A program made the position numbers and the translations under genes. Of a DNA stretch of 64,000 nt, positions 25,800-37,711 are shown one piece after another (the stretch's first letter is position 1; every line of letters begins with the position of its first letter). This stretch comes from Stegostoma tigrinum (lineage: Eukaryota), in assembly GCF_030684315.1 (NCBI RefSeq), contig NC_081376.1, positions 34,439,608 to 34,503,607 on the forward strand, written 5' to 3'. The notes under the pieces were generated by a model. The model made no database searches. It saw only the letters and a list, made by a program, of their open reading frames with translations, and was not told the origin of the DNA.

Positions 25800-25877
25800 G
25801 ATGCTCTAACGGATTTGAGTGCAGATCGTGAGACATTGAATGTAGATTGTGTGACAGGAGAATCTTTGGCACATAAG
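25800..25877 (+). CDS. DAGLB: DAGLB exon 9
   Basis: DALTDLSADRETLNVDCVTGESLAHK; donor gtgagt. Confidence 0.95.
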
Positions 25878-26331
25878 GTGAGTGTACAACTCCTCCTCTT
25901 CAAGTTTGTAAGTACTTAGAATTACCAGAGTGAGGGACCACATGAAAACTGAGAGATACACACTTAGTCTCAGCATTTACATTTCAACCTGAATGTAGTT
26001 ATGAAACACCCTTTAGTTTGGATTTTAGATCTGAAATTAAAGTTTGCATGTGCCTTTGCTGACTGACTAACTAAATATTAATCTGAAATTCTAAATCAGA
26101 GCTTAGTGTGATTAAAATATATAGTCCAGAAAGATGCCTTTCATGCATCTGTGCCTGAGCCAATTCTCTGAATGAGCTAACAGTTTAGTTTCATGTTCCT
26201 GCTGTCTCCATGTTTATTCTTGTTTTTTGTTGTGAGCCAAGCTCCGCCTATATATATCTGATTCATAGCTGTTTTGTCCAACCTATAACACCTCAACCTA
26301 TGGTTGTTTGATTTATAAAGATCATATTTTT

Positions 26332-26640
26332 GGGAGGTGACAGCCTAGTGCTATTATCTCTGGGCTGTTAGTACATGGTAGATGGTGGAATTTTAATTCA
26401 TTAAAAATCTGGAATTAAGAGTCTAAGGAAGACCATGAATCTGTTGTTCATTGTCGGAAATATCTGCTGACTTCGCTAATGTCCTTTAGGGAAGGAAACT
26501 GCCATCTTTAACTGGTCTGACCTACATGTGACCTGAAACCCACAGCAACATGGCTGACTTCTAATTGCCCTCGAGGCAATTAGGGATGGGCAATAAATGC
26601 TGACGAAGCCAGCGACGCCTTCATCCTGTGAATGAGTAAT
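26332..26640 (+). mobile_element. tRNA-derived SINE (same family as 10328-10678)
   Basis: ctttagggaaggaaactgcc core; tail ggcaattagggatgggcaataaatgct. Confidence 0.75.
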
Positions 26641-27073
26641 TTTCTTTTAAAAGAGCTACTGGTTTATTTCTTATCTTTTTAATGAAGAACCTTTCAATTT
26701 TCCTTGTTGGGAGATACTGCTTGTGACTGTATGTTCCACCAGGTGACTTGTTCTTTGTGTGTGAGCATTGTAGACTGCACCAGACTCTCTGACCATGATG
26801 GGAGCAGCACAGAAGTTCTTCTGCTTACACCCTGAAGCCTCCACCAATTATTTGGTGAGGGGAGAGTCATGATTGTTTTAAGCTAATCCTTCACTGAATG
26901 AGAACTCCTTTCCATTCAAGATAACTACAGCCTGTCTGTAAGCCCCAAGTAAAAAGCTATACCTTGCAAAACAACCTACTCTGAACCTGTGCAGATATGA
27001 AATGGCTCGTCCAGCTGTGCTCTAAATCAGAAACAACAGCCGTTAACTAACCACTTCAACCACTTCTTTCAAG

Positions 27074-27154
27074 GGTATTATTCAAGCTGCACGTTACATT
27101 TACAAGAAGCTAATTGACGACGAGATTTTAACCCAAGCTTTCTCAGTTGTGCCG
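27074..27154 (+). CDS. DAGLB: DAGLB exon 10
   Basis: [27 protein letters not shown]; donor gtgagt. Confidence 0.95.
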
Positions 27155-28802
27155 GTGAGTTTATAAATATTAATTAGGAATATCTGCCTGTGTTTGTGTT
27201 TTGGGGAGAAAAAAAGACTAAGTGTTTAATGAGAACTGTGTAGGAGCTGCTGCAGTTTTCTTTTGAGGTTTTTAGCTGTGAATGACCTGAGGAAATCGGT
27301 GAAAACTATTGGGATATAATTATCTTTAATATAAATCAGGGCAATTCATTACTCTTGTGTTATGGTAAATTATTTTTATTATAAATATCTCTGATACTCA
27401 ATTCAAATCTCATTGTTCAGTCTGCCATTGCACAATCTTTTTATACAGTAACAGGGTAATATACTGAAACAATAATCCAGACACAGTGGGTAATATATGG
27501 ATTCTGTGTGAATGCTCAGTCATATTATTCTTTTTACAGAGGTTAAGTACCAACCTTGTGGGTGTCTGTGTAAAACTGATTACAGACTTTAAATACCAGG
27601 TTACTCTTGATATTTTAATTGCCTTGCAATGCTTACGCTTACTGTCCTGGAGTTGTGTGACAGAGGAAAATTTTGGATCTAATACGCCTGTGCCCACACT
27701 TAGAAAGAGCTATCTGATTAGTTCTACTCCCCTTGTCCTTCCCGTGTAGCCCTGCAGACTTTCTTTCTCTAATTAGTAAACCAAATTTCTTTTAAAATTA
27801 TTGTTAAATGCACATGCCAGATCACAACTCGTTGAATTTAACAACAAAAAATCTCATTCCCATCAGTTCCTTTGCTGTTTATGTTAAATCAGAGCTTTCT
27901 GGTTACCAAACCTCCTGTTGATGGAGTCTGAAGAAATAAAGCAAAACTTTCAGAATCACTTCAAAATTTTGACCACCTAAAGTAAATCTCTTGCTCTCTT
28001 TGGAACACAGAGATTAACCCTCATGTCTGTTCTCTAACAACTGAAACTTTATTCCTAGTAGTTTTCCACACACATTATAGCATCAGCTGTTAGAGCATTG
28101 TGTCTGTGATTGCTTTTACAGAAGTGTTTAACTAGTTACTGTTCCAGAGAACTTCCTAGAAGCTTGTGCTCCTATAAATGACTCCTCTTGCATTTGTATG
28201 TTGCTATACTGGAGGGTTTGTTTATGACACTTATCCTGATCGTTCTAAAGGTCATGTCTGAAGTCTAAAGGATAAGAATTATCTTTCTAATTGCCATGTG
28301 TCTTTATCATGGTCATGCGATCAGTGCAGAACAACCAGAGATACAAATTGAACAATAGTTTCCCGAAGCAGTATATCGTAGGCTGACACCAGAGCAGTTT
28401 GTGGCTGCTCAAAGCCATGAGAAACAGAGCCGTACAGGACAGTAAGATCCCAGCACCAATGCCTGATCTGTCTCAAACTACAGAATCTGAGTCAAGACAG
28501 TACTGGAAAGGATTGGCTCCCTGCTCCTGAATGTGACCCTGCTGAACACATTGTCAGTATGGGTTCCACTGATTGCTGTGAATGGATATTATCCACTTAA
28601 ACAACATGGCCAGGCACAATCTGTGCATCAGGAACAGTATAAGGAGGATTAGAACTCTTTGCAGCTCACTTTCCCCACTCGGATATTAGGCTAAGAAAGA
28701 AAATTGAATGTGTTCTGCTAATTGCCAACTACAGAACTGATTGCTTTCAGTTGTTTGAAATGATCTTGTGTTGTTGGAATAAGCCTGTCTCTCCCACTAC
28801 AG

Positions 28803-28930
28803 GAATACAAGTTGGTTATAACCGGCCACAGCCTAGGGGCAGGAGCAGCCTCCATCCTTGCTATAATGCTCCATGCATCCTTCCCAGCGCTTCGATGCTA
28901 TGCGTTTTCTCCTCCAGGAGGTCTGCTAAG
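28803..28930 (+). CDS. DAGLB: DAGLB exon 11 (catalytic Ser, GHSLG)
   Basis: [23 protein letters not shown]...[10 protein letters not shown]; donor gtgaga. Confidence 0.97.
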
Positions 28931-29399
28931 GTGAGAGGTGTTGAACAACTATGTGGACTTTTCTGTGAAACGGGATTTCCTTTAAGAGATGATCACTAAA
29001 TTGGTATTGCCAAGACGGACTTCATTCTTTTGAAGAATTTGAATTTTTTGCACAAACTGTTTTCATTTGAGGGGAATTATTGGTTTATTTGTGGTACAGG
29101 AGCTGTAACTGAGTGCATTCTCAGTCACTATCCCAGTGTTTTCACTTTTGTAGCAAGGTTTAAAATTGAATGTCCCTTGAATCATTGGACCTTTTCAGTT
29201 AGAAGTGCCAAACACAGATGTTCTGTTCGCGCATTGGTAGTGCCCCTAACCCATGGACTATAAGGCCCAGGTTCAATTCCCACCTGCACCAGAGGTGTGT
29301 AATAACATCTCTGCATAGACTGATTAGAAAAATAGGTTACATTTTTAAAAAAAACTCAAATGTCCGAATGGAATAGGCTGACGAGAGCAGTGAGATGTG

Positions 29400-32300
29400 G
29401 TCTGGACTGCTGCTTGTATGGGCTTGCTGATACAATATAGGAATGCTAATAGAGCCAGCTATACAGGAGGAGAGGAAGATGATAGGAGGAGTTAAAGTAA
29501 TAGGGGTTCATTAGTAAGGGAATACACCAGTAAGGGTGCTTCTGTCGCTGTGGCCAAGATGATATGTTGTCTCCCTTGCCAGGGTCAAGAATACCACAGA
29601 GCTGTGACAGGACATTCTGGGGAAACAACCAGAAATTGTCCATGTTGGTACCAATTGAGTTAGGTCAGAAGGAGATATGGTCCTGCATTCAGAATTTAGG
29701 GAGCTAGGTATACAGTTAGCAAACAGAATCTCAAATGAAGTGGTCCCCGGATTACTCCCAGTGCTTACATGCAAGTTGGAACAGAAGTAAAGGATAAGGC
29801 AGAATGTATCACTGGAAAGATGCTACTGGTTTTAGATTCCTGGGACTTTGGGACTGGCTGTGTGGAACATTGTGGACATCATGCACTTGAACAAAGCAGG
29901 GACTGAGTTCCTTGCATAATGTTTCACTAGTGCTATTGGGAGGATGTTTAAACTAACTAGCAAAGGTGTGGGAACTAGGAGTGGAATATTAGAGAGGAAT
30001 ACCTGGGTGCATAAAGTGCTTGGAGAGAAGGTTAACACTGGTGTACAGCATAGAAAGATGAAATGGGAGAAAGGGAGAAACTACTGAAGTTCAAATAGGG
30101 AATTGGGTATGTATGTGAATGCACAGAGTACAGTAAATAAGAATGTGGAGATATCGGTTCAAAAGATAAGGCTGAAGCTTCCACAGTAATCTTCAGTCAG
30201 AAGTGCTGAGTGGATGATCCATCTCAGTCTCTTCCAATGATCCCCAGCATTACAGATAAGTCTCAAGCCAATGCAGTTCACTCCACGAGATATCAAGTAA
30301 CGGCTGGAGACACCAGATACTGCCTTGACAACATTTCAGCAATCGTACTGAAGACCTGTGCTCCAGAACCTGCTGCTCCCCTAGCCAAACTGTTCCAGTA
30401 CAGCTACAATATCTACCCAATAATGTAGAAAAATGGCGAAGCAGGACAAATCCAACCACCAATTACTGTCCCATCAGCCTACTCTTGATCATCTGTAAAG
30501 TAATGGAAGATGTCATCAGCAGTGCTATCAAGCAGCACCTGATCAGCAATAACCTGCTCAGTGTCGCCCAGCTTGGTTTGCACCAGGGCCGATCAGCTCC
30601 TGATCTCATTACATCTTTGTTTCAAACATGGACAAAAGAGCTGAATTCCAGAGGTGAGGTGAGAGTGACAGTCTGTGACATCAAGGCTGCATTCAACTGC
30701 ATGTGACATCAAGGAGCCATAGCAAAACTGGTATCAATGGGTATCAGAGCAAACTCTCTGCTGGTGGGAGACGTGTCTAGCACATAGGAAGGTGGTTGTT
30801 GGAAGACAGTCATCTCAGCTCCAGGGTATCTCTGCAAGAGTTTCTCAGGGTAATATCCTGGGCCTAACCACCTCTAGATGTTTCATCAATGACCTTCCCT
30901 CTATCATAAGGTCAGTAGCAGGGATGTTCAGCACAATTTGCAAATCCTTAGATACTGAAGCAGTCCTTGTTAAATGCGACAAGATCTGGACAATATGTAG
31001 GTTTGGGCTGACAAGTTGTAAGTAACATTCATGCCACACAAATGCCAAGCTGACAATCACCAAAAAGAGACAATTTAACCACTGCCTTTGACATTCACTG
31101 GTGTTACCTTTACTGAATCCTCTACTGTCAATATCCTGGGGGGGGTTACCATTGACCAGAACTCAACTGCATCTACCATCGTGGCTACAAAGATAGGTCA
31201 AAGGCTAGGAATACTATGGTGGGTAACTCATCTTCTGACTCCCCAAAGCCGGTACATCTACAAGACACAAGTCAGAGCTGTGATGGAATACATCCCACTT
31301 GCCTGGACAGGTCTGGCTCCAACAACACTCAAGAAGCTTGACATTATCCAAGAAAAAGCAGCCCAAATGCACCCATACCCCCCTCCACCAATGCTCAGTA
31401 GATGCAATGCAGCAATTCACCAAAGATCCTCAAACAACATCTTCCTAACCGAAGACCACTTCTCTCTCAAAGGACATGGGCAGCAGATACAGGAGAACAC
31501 CACACCTTCAAGTTTCCTTCCAAGCCACTCACCACTCTGACTTGGAAATATTCGACATTCCTTCACTGTCGCTGGGATTCCTTCCCTAAAGGCATTGTGG
31601 GTCATCTGACAGCAGGTGAACCATAGCAGTTCAAGAGGACAGCTCATCACCACCCTCTTAAGGGCAGCTAGGGATGGGCAAGAAATGCTGGCCAGCCAGT
31701 GATGCCCACATCCCACAAATGAATTACAAAGAAAAAAGTTGCAATGTAGAAATGTAATAATGTAGTGATTAAGAGACCTGGCTCAAGGAAGCACTGGACT
31801 AAGTGTTAAATATTCTAAGCAAGTGATGTTACTCAGGAAAGGAGGATCGATAGTGACATTGATTCAGGAGAGCATTTCACTACTGAAGAAAGAGGGTATC
31901 CTAAAGGTTTCAAGGAGAAAATAAATCTGGCTAGAGTTAAGGAACAAAGAGGGTGCATTTACATTGTTTGGTGTGGTTTATAGACTACCAACTAGTGGGA
32001 AGGATGTAAAGGAGACAATCTGAAGGGAAGTTAGAGTTATCAATATTTAGACACTGGTTATAACCAGTTTATAAACTATGTGAATGTAGGCTGGGACATG
32101 GATAGTATTAAGGGCAGAGAGGAGCAAACTCTGGATTATGTTGAGGAAAAATTCCTCCAGCAATTTGTATCCTGTCAAACAAGAAATGATGCACTTTGGG
32201 CAAGCATCTAGCGGACAGTGATCAGTACTATCCTAAACCTTAGGATAGAATGGAAAAGGACAGTCTGCAGTCCAGAGTAACACAATTTAGCGGGGCGATC

Positions 32301-32550
32301 TAGGTCAAATAGGCTGGAGCAAGACACTTTTGGGAAGATCTGACTAAACAAGGGGCTACTTTTAAAGCAGAGAAGGTTTGTGTACAGTCAAGGTATATTC
32401 CCTTAAAGCAAAAGGGAGGATAAACAAACCCTATCGCACCCTAGATGTAAAAGGAGATGACCACTTGTCACTGTAACTTCTGTTAGAAAATACAATTGAA
32501 AACCAAGAAGAAATGCAGGAGGTTCAGAAGGTAAAAAAGCAGAGCGGGCC
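29400..32550 (+). mobile_element. Decayed CR1 5' region (ORF1 esterase-like and endonuclease start), split by a second LINE
   Basis: VHVGTN-like motif near 29640; NAQS..NK near 30120; ETWL and GVVYR-like motifs resume after 31740. Confidence 0.6.
30150..31730 (+). mobile_element. Non-LTR LINE of a second family (RT + 3' tail), nested in CR1
   Basis: DIKAAF, FINDLPSIIRS and IYKTQVRAVMEY motifs; tail gggcagctagggatgggcaagaaatgctggcc. Confidence 0.85.
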
Positions 32551-32924
32551 TGAGACAAGACTTCCCCTACACAAAGCCATGATGACTATCCCTATTAAGT
32601 CCATTCACTTCCAAATGCAAGTAAATCCTGTCTCTAAGAATATTCTCCAATAATTTTCCACTGGTATAATGCTCACCAGCCTGTAATTTCTTGGATTATC
32701 CCTGTTGCCTGTCAACAAAAATATGTCTTCTGGAACCTCTCCTCTGGGTAAAGAGGATATAAAGATCTCTGTCACCACCCCAGCAAACTCCTCTCTTGCC
32801 TCCCTCAGTATCCCTTGATAGCTTCCATCGGGTCCTGGGGACTTATCTATTTTAATATCTTCCTTGAACTCTTTCCATGAAGCAATACTTTACCAAACGG
32901 CAAGTCCATTAGTTATGCAAAACT

Positions 32925-33615
32925 TATGTTTTGCTGAAAAAGGACTTGCCTTGTCAAAGCTTTTTGTCTTGCGCTCATGAAGACAATTCACAAGAATACC
33001 AGTTCAAGGAGAAAACTGACATTTAAGAGGATAGTGCTGATTGCCTGGCAAGTGGGCACTGGTAAAGATGCTATCATGGACAAAACACCCATTAATTAAA
33101 CAATGTAGGTTGACTGGTCAGCGTATTTCCATGAGAAATGAATCAGTGAAAGACTGTCAGCTATTTCGTTCAGTTGAAACTGGCGCATTGGGTATATAAA
33201 TCTTGCTGCCTGCAAAAACAGGGTTCTCTCATATTAATATATATAGTTTCCAGCACAGTGAGTGCATCACGTGTCATGCCTAATGTGGTTGTCAGCATAA
33301 TTCCACTTGTATTCAGGATTATCAAGCATATGTTGTCCATTATAGAATTATATCCAATGTTAAATACTGTTGTGAGTTTTACAGCCACAGGCTGGTTGGG
33401 TACAATCACATTGCTCTGCATGGCAGTTAACTGTCAATCAGCATTATTTTCCATGGAAACGCCGTTTATTAGCCCACTTGCTAACCAATCAGCACTATCC
33501 TCTCAATCAGTACAATAGTTGGTTTTCTCCTTTAAATTGGCAATCTTCTGAATTGTTCTGATGAACGCAAAATGAAGGGCTTTGTCAAATGTGATTTTCT
33601 TTCAGTTATACTCAA
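32925..33615 (-). mobile_element. Penelope-like retroelement remnant with inverted terminal repeats
   Basis: About 32925-33080 is the reverse complement of about 33450-33610. Internal minus-strand peptide LTVLETIYINMREPCFCRQ resembles the PLE endonuclease C-terminus. Confidence 0.6.
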
Positions 33616-33969
33616 GATCTGTCCATGTGTGCATAGTTTGAACTCTGTGGCAGACTTTGCCCTGTCTACATGTAATGATACCCACTATAGCATTCCCACA
33701 AACAGAAGAACTAACTATACAATACAAGATTCTCCAGCATCTGCAGTTCCCATTATCTCTCAACTAACTATACAATTTCTGCTACTAGTAGACTTCTACT
33801 TCGCTGGGCTAGTTAAGTGACTGCATCTTTACTTTCATCCAAAATAGCTTTTTCTTGATATTGAGCCTTATTTAAATATGGGCATCTGTTGCAGATTTGG
33901 TTGTCTTCTGTCTAACAGTAACGTGTAGCGGTATCTCTGTGCTAATGAAGAATTTTCTTTTCTTTTAAG

Positions 33970-34038
33970 TAAGCCCTTGGCAGATCATAGCAAAGAATTT
34001 ATCATATCCATTGTACTAGGCAAGGATCTCATTCCAAG
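33970..34038 (+). CDS. DAGLB: DAGLB exon 12 (catalytic Asp)
   Basis: [22 protein letters not shown](R); donor gtcagt. Confidence 0.95.
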
Positions 34039-34128
34039 GTCAGTGTACAAACTGCACAGAAAATTTTACTCCGTTGATTCCCATCGCTGCGTATTAATTT
34101 GTATCATTTTGAACCTTTGCATTTCCAG

Positions 34129-34201
34129 GTTGAGCCTTTGCAACATGGGAGACCTGAAAAGAAGAATATTGAGAATAGTTGCCCAAAGCAACCGGCCTAA
34201 G
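34129..34201 (+). CDS. DAGLB: DAGLB exon 13
   Basis: [24 protein letters not shown], following a 90-nt intron. Confidence 0.94.
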
Positions 34202-34954
34202 GTAGCCAAGAATGTTTTGCGGTGCTGTTTGAATGGAAATGCTAATGTATGTTTGACATAATTTTACCCTTGAGAAATGCAGTCCTGATGTTAATGGCCC
34301 CAAGCTAAAATAAATATGCTTGGCAATAAATTCAGTAAAGCATTTGGTAAAACTACATTTTACTTTAAGAGTTTGAAACAAACAGAGCACTAATATTAAT
34401 TTCAGTGGGCTGCAGTTGAAACGCAGGGTAAACCTTTATCAAGCACTGGTGAGACCACTCCTGATGTACCGTGCACAGTTCTGATCTCCATATTAAAAGG
34501 AAACATTAATTGGCAAATGTGTAAGAAGAGATTTACAATGGTGATGCCAGAATTGAAAGGTAGAATCTAGCAGGAAAGATTGAAAAAACTGTGACTTTTT
34601 TTTTCCCCCTCTAGTGAAGGCTGTGGGGAGCCAGAACTAGGTCCTTTTAGATTATGGAAGGGTTCAATAAGTCACACATTGAGAAAATGTCTCCACTGGT
34701 AGGGAAAACTAGACTGTGGACCCCTCAATATGTGATGGTAATATATCCCACTGGAGATTAAGTTATGGATTTCCCTTCAAAAGAAATGGTTTTTCCCTTT
34801 CTAATGTGTTAAAATCATGCAATCATCTCAAACACCTTAACCTTTTACCTCATAGGAGTATAGTCTATGCACTTTGTCTTCAGAGTTTGTCCTTTTCAAG
34901 TTCTAATCTGAGACTGACATTGCCACCTTAAAATTTCAGCTCTTTATCGTGGAG

Positions 34955-35127
34955 ATAAGTGTGGAGCTGGAGGAACACAGCAGGCCAGGCAGCATCAGAG
35001 GAGCAGGAAAGGGTTCTGACTCGAAACATAAACTTTCCTGCTCCTCGATGCTGCCTGTCCTGTTGTATTCCTCCAGCTCCACACTGTGTCGTCTCTGACT
35101 CCAGCATCTGCAGTTGTTGCTATATCT
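34955..35127 (+). mobile_element. Foldback short retroelement of the same family
   Basis: Inverted repeat gtgtggagctggaggaa / ttcctccagctccacac; shared 3' end ccagcatctgcag. Confidence 0.65.
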
Positions 35128-35386
35128 GTCGTTCAATCATGGAGTCTGTGTCTGCGTCATGTCAGGACCGCATTACTGGCTTTGCAAGCTGATACTTCGG
35201 TGTCACGAATTCTGAGGCAGCACTTGGTGTTATGGGCCTGTGAACAAGTTATAATAGCTATGTATGTCATGCTAATTGGCCCCTACTCACCCAGCAACTC
35301 CTCCTTCAGTTTTCACTGAACGGTCATGACAATTTTCAAACCTGAAGGTAGATTTAAAGAGAGAAACAATTTGGAAAATCTCTGCT

Positions 35387-35577
35387 GAGATAGTAGGAAC
35401 TGCTGATGCTGGAATATCTGAGATAACACGATATAGAGCTGAATGAACACAGCAGGCCAAGCAGCATCAGAGGAGCAGAAAGGCTGACGTTTCGGGTCAA
35501 GACTCTTCATTATGCCCGAAATGTCAGCTTTCCTGCTCCTCTGATGCTGCTTGGCCTGCTGTGTTCATCTAGCCCTA
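35387..35577 (-). mobile_element. Foldback short retroelement with 15-bp TSD
   Basis: TSD tggaaaatctctgct at 35372-35386 and 35578-35592; internal inverted repeat; CCCGAAACGTC motif on the minus strand. Confidence 0.75.
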
Positions 35578-35619
35578 TGGAAAATCTCTGCTTTTTCTTT
35601 TCATTCACTCACCGGATGA

Positions 35620-35965
35620 GGACAGCACAGTGGCTCAGTGGGTACCACAGCTACCCCACAGCACCAGTGACCTGGGTTCGATTCCACCCTCGGGCAACTG
35701 TCTGTATGGAGTTTGCATGTTCTCCCAGAGTCTGCGTGGGTTTCCTCCAGGTGCTACAGTTACCTCCTACAGTTAAAAGATGTGTTGGTTAGATGGATTG
35801 GCTGTGGGAAATTGCCCGTAGTGTCCAGGGATGTGCAGGCTAGGTGGATTAGCCATGGGAGATGCAGGGTTACGGGGCGTGTGTCTGGGTGGGCTGATCT
35901 TTGGAGCATTGGGTTGACTCAATGGGCTGAATGGCCTGTTTCCTCACTGTGGGGATTCTGAGATT
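35620..35965 (+). mobile_element. V-SINE (HE1-like)
   Basis: cagtggctcagtgg...gggttcgattcc; V-domain. Confidence 0.88.
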
Positions 35966-35967
35966 CT

Positions 35968-36305
35968 AGTGGGCATCACTGGCCAGATCAGCCTTTATTG
36001 ATCTTCCCTAATCGATCATAGGCTTTTGAAAGTCAGCCACATTACTGTTGGTCTGGAGTTGCATGTAATCCAGACCAAGTAAGGATGGCACATTTCCTTC
36101 CCTAAAGGGAATTCGTGAACCAGATGGGTTTTTATGACAGTTGACAGTAGTCACCACTATGTTAACTTTTTAGTTCTGCATTTCTTTCATTGAATTTAAA
36201 TTATATCATCTGCTGTGGGAGAATTCAAACCCACATCCCCAGAACAATAAGCTGGGGCTCTGGGATTACTAGTCCAGTGACATTACCACTCTGCCAGTGC
36301 CTCCC
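35968..36305 (-). mobile_element. tRNA-derived SINE (same family as 10328-10678)
   Basis: Aligns by eye to 10328-10678. Confidence 0.75.
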
Positions 36306-36351
36306 ACATGTGCTGTACGTCTAACCACCTGTTGTCTTGTACTCTGTCCAG

Positions 36352-36605
36352 TATCAAATTCTGCTGCGCGGATGTTGGTATGAGATATTTGGAGGTGATC
36401 CAGCCAATTTCTCTGACCATCTGGACAACAGTCAACAGGGGCGACTGACCGAGCCACTTCTTGCAGAACAAAATCTCATGGGGCACCAATCCAGTTCCTA
36501 CAGCAGCATCCCTGATGAATCACCTTCGAGTTCGCCTTTTCAAGGACCTCAACTCTTCCTTCCAGGGAGGATCATTTACATTGTGGAAAAATACAGCACA
36601 GGGAG
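36352..36605 (+). CDS. DAGLB: DAGLB exon 14
   Basis: YQILLRGCWYEIFGG...LFLPGRIIYIVEKYSTG; donor gtgatt. Confidence 0.94.
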
Positions 36606-37104
36606 GTGATTATGCCATTCTGTTTAAAAATATTCTTTCAAAGTCATTATGTATAAGTAGTAGATGTTCAATGAGATTTTTGCTGTGAGAATTTGAAGGA
36701 TAAGCTTGTTCAGAGAAAATAATGAAAATATATCATGTCTGAATTGAACTGCTGGCGATCAGTTTATATGCACTACAAACCTTACAGCTTTTAATAAAGA
36801 GGTTGGAAACAACTGGTATTAGTCTAAAGGATAGAATCACAAACTAGAAGAAGCCCATTGGCTCATTGATTCTTTACTCGCTTTTGCAAACAGCTACTCA
36901 GTTAGTCCCACTCCAAATCATTCATCTTTCATGAATTTTGAAGGCTATTTTGAATCTGCACACCAGAGTATCAGGAAATTGTATGACTTGTACTTGGGAA
37001 TCTTAGGTATAGCTCAGTAAGAGACCATTGTTCTTTGCAGGCCCTTTGAAAGAGTTTGACTCGCTGCCTGCTTCATCATGGTCCTGCAAATTTAATGTTA
37101 AAAC

Positions 37105-37440
37105 ATCAGTGCAGCACGGTGAGGTACTGCTACGCTATGGAGGTTACATCTTCCAGTTGAGAAATTAAATAAAGGCTCTGCCTGCCCCTCAAGAGGATTT
37201 GAAAGATTCCACAGCTATTATTCAAAGATCAATTCTTGTCAGCATTTACCTCCACCATAAATAGTTTTACTACGAGTCTGGATGTTTGAACATATTGCTG
37301 TTTGTAGGTGCTTGCTTATATGCAAATTGATTTATGCATTTCCCGATATAACTGCAGGACCTATAATTACAATAGTATTTAATTGACATACAGAGCTTTG
37401 GAGTGGTGTGAAGATATAAATACTATAAATCCAACTTCTT
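37105..37440 (+). mobile_element. Decayed DeuSINE (SacSINE1-like)
   Basis: Deu-domain-like gttgagaaattaaataaaggc...aagattccacagc and L2-type tail. Related decayed pieces at about 11500-11660, 12065-12210, 19870-20200 and 53770-54010. Confidence 0.55.
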
Positions 37441-37518
37441 AAAAACACAATTTCTGTTAGTTATTGGTAACCTTACATAGTTCAATCTAATTCCTCTCTG
37501 TCTTTTCCCTCCATCTAG

Positions 37519-37711
37519 TTTCTGCTTTTCTGAAGCAAAGTACTGTGCGTTGTGGTGTGATGCATCATTCTTCAGCAACATTCTGATCAGCCCCAAGATG
37601 ATAACCGACCACATGCCGGACCTTGTATTCAAAGTCCTCAAAGACCTGACTCAAGAGGCGCCCTACATCCTCTGTTCCACGTCACCCACTGCACCAAGCG
37701 AGGCGTGTTGA
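37519..37711 (+). CDS. DAGLB: DAGLB exon 15 (catalytic His, stop)
   Basis: FCFSEAKYCALW...FSNILISPKMITDHMPDLV...SEAC, TGA at 37709-37711. Confidence 0.95.

Larger units (their letters stand above)
6287..37711 (+). other. DAGLB: Diacylglycerol lipase beta gene, full coding span (15 exons, 672 aa)
   Basis: 15 GT-AG exons join in frame to 2019 nt. N-terminus [21 protein letters not shown], four hydrophobic segments, lipase GHSLG, GKDLIPR and TDHMPD motifs. Confidence 0.97.
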
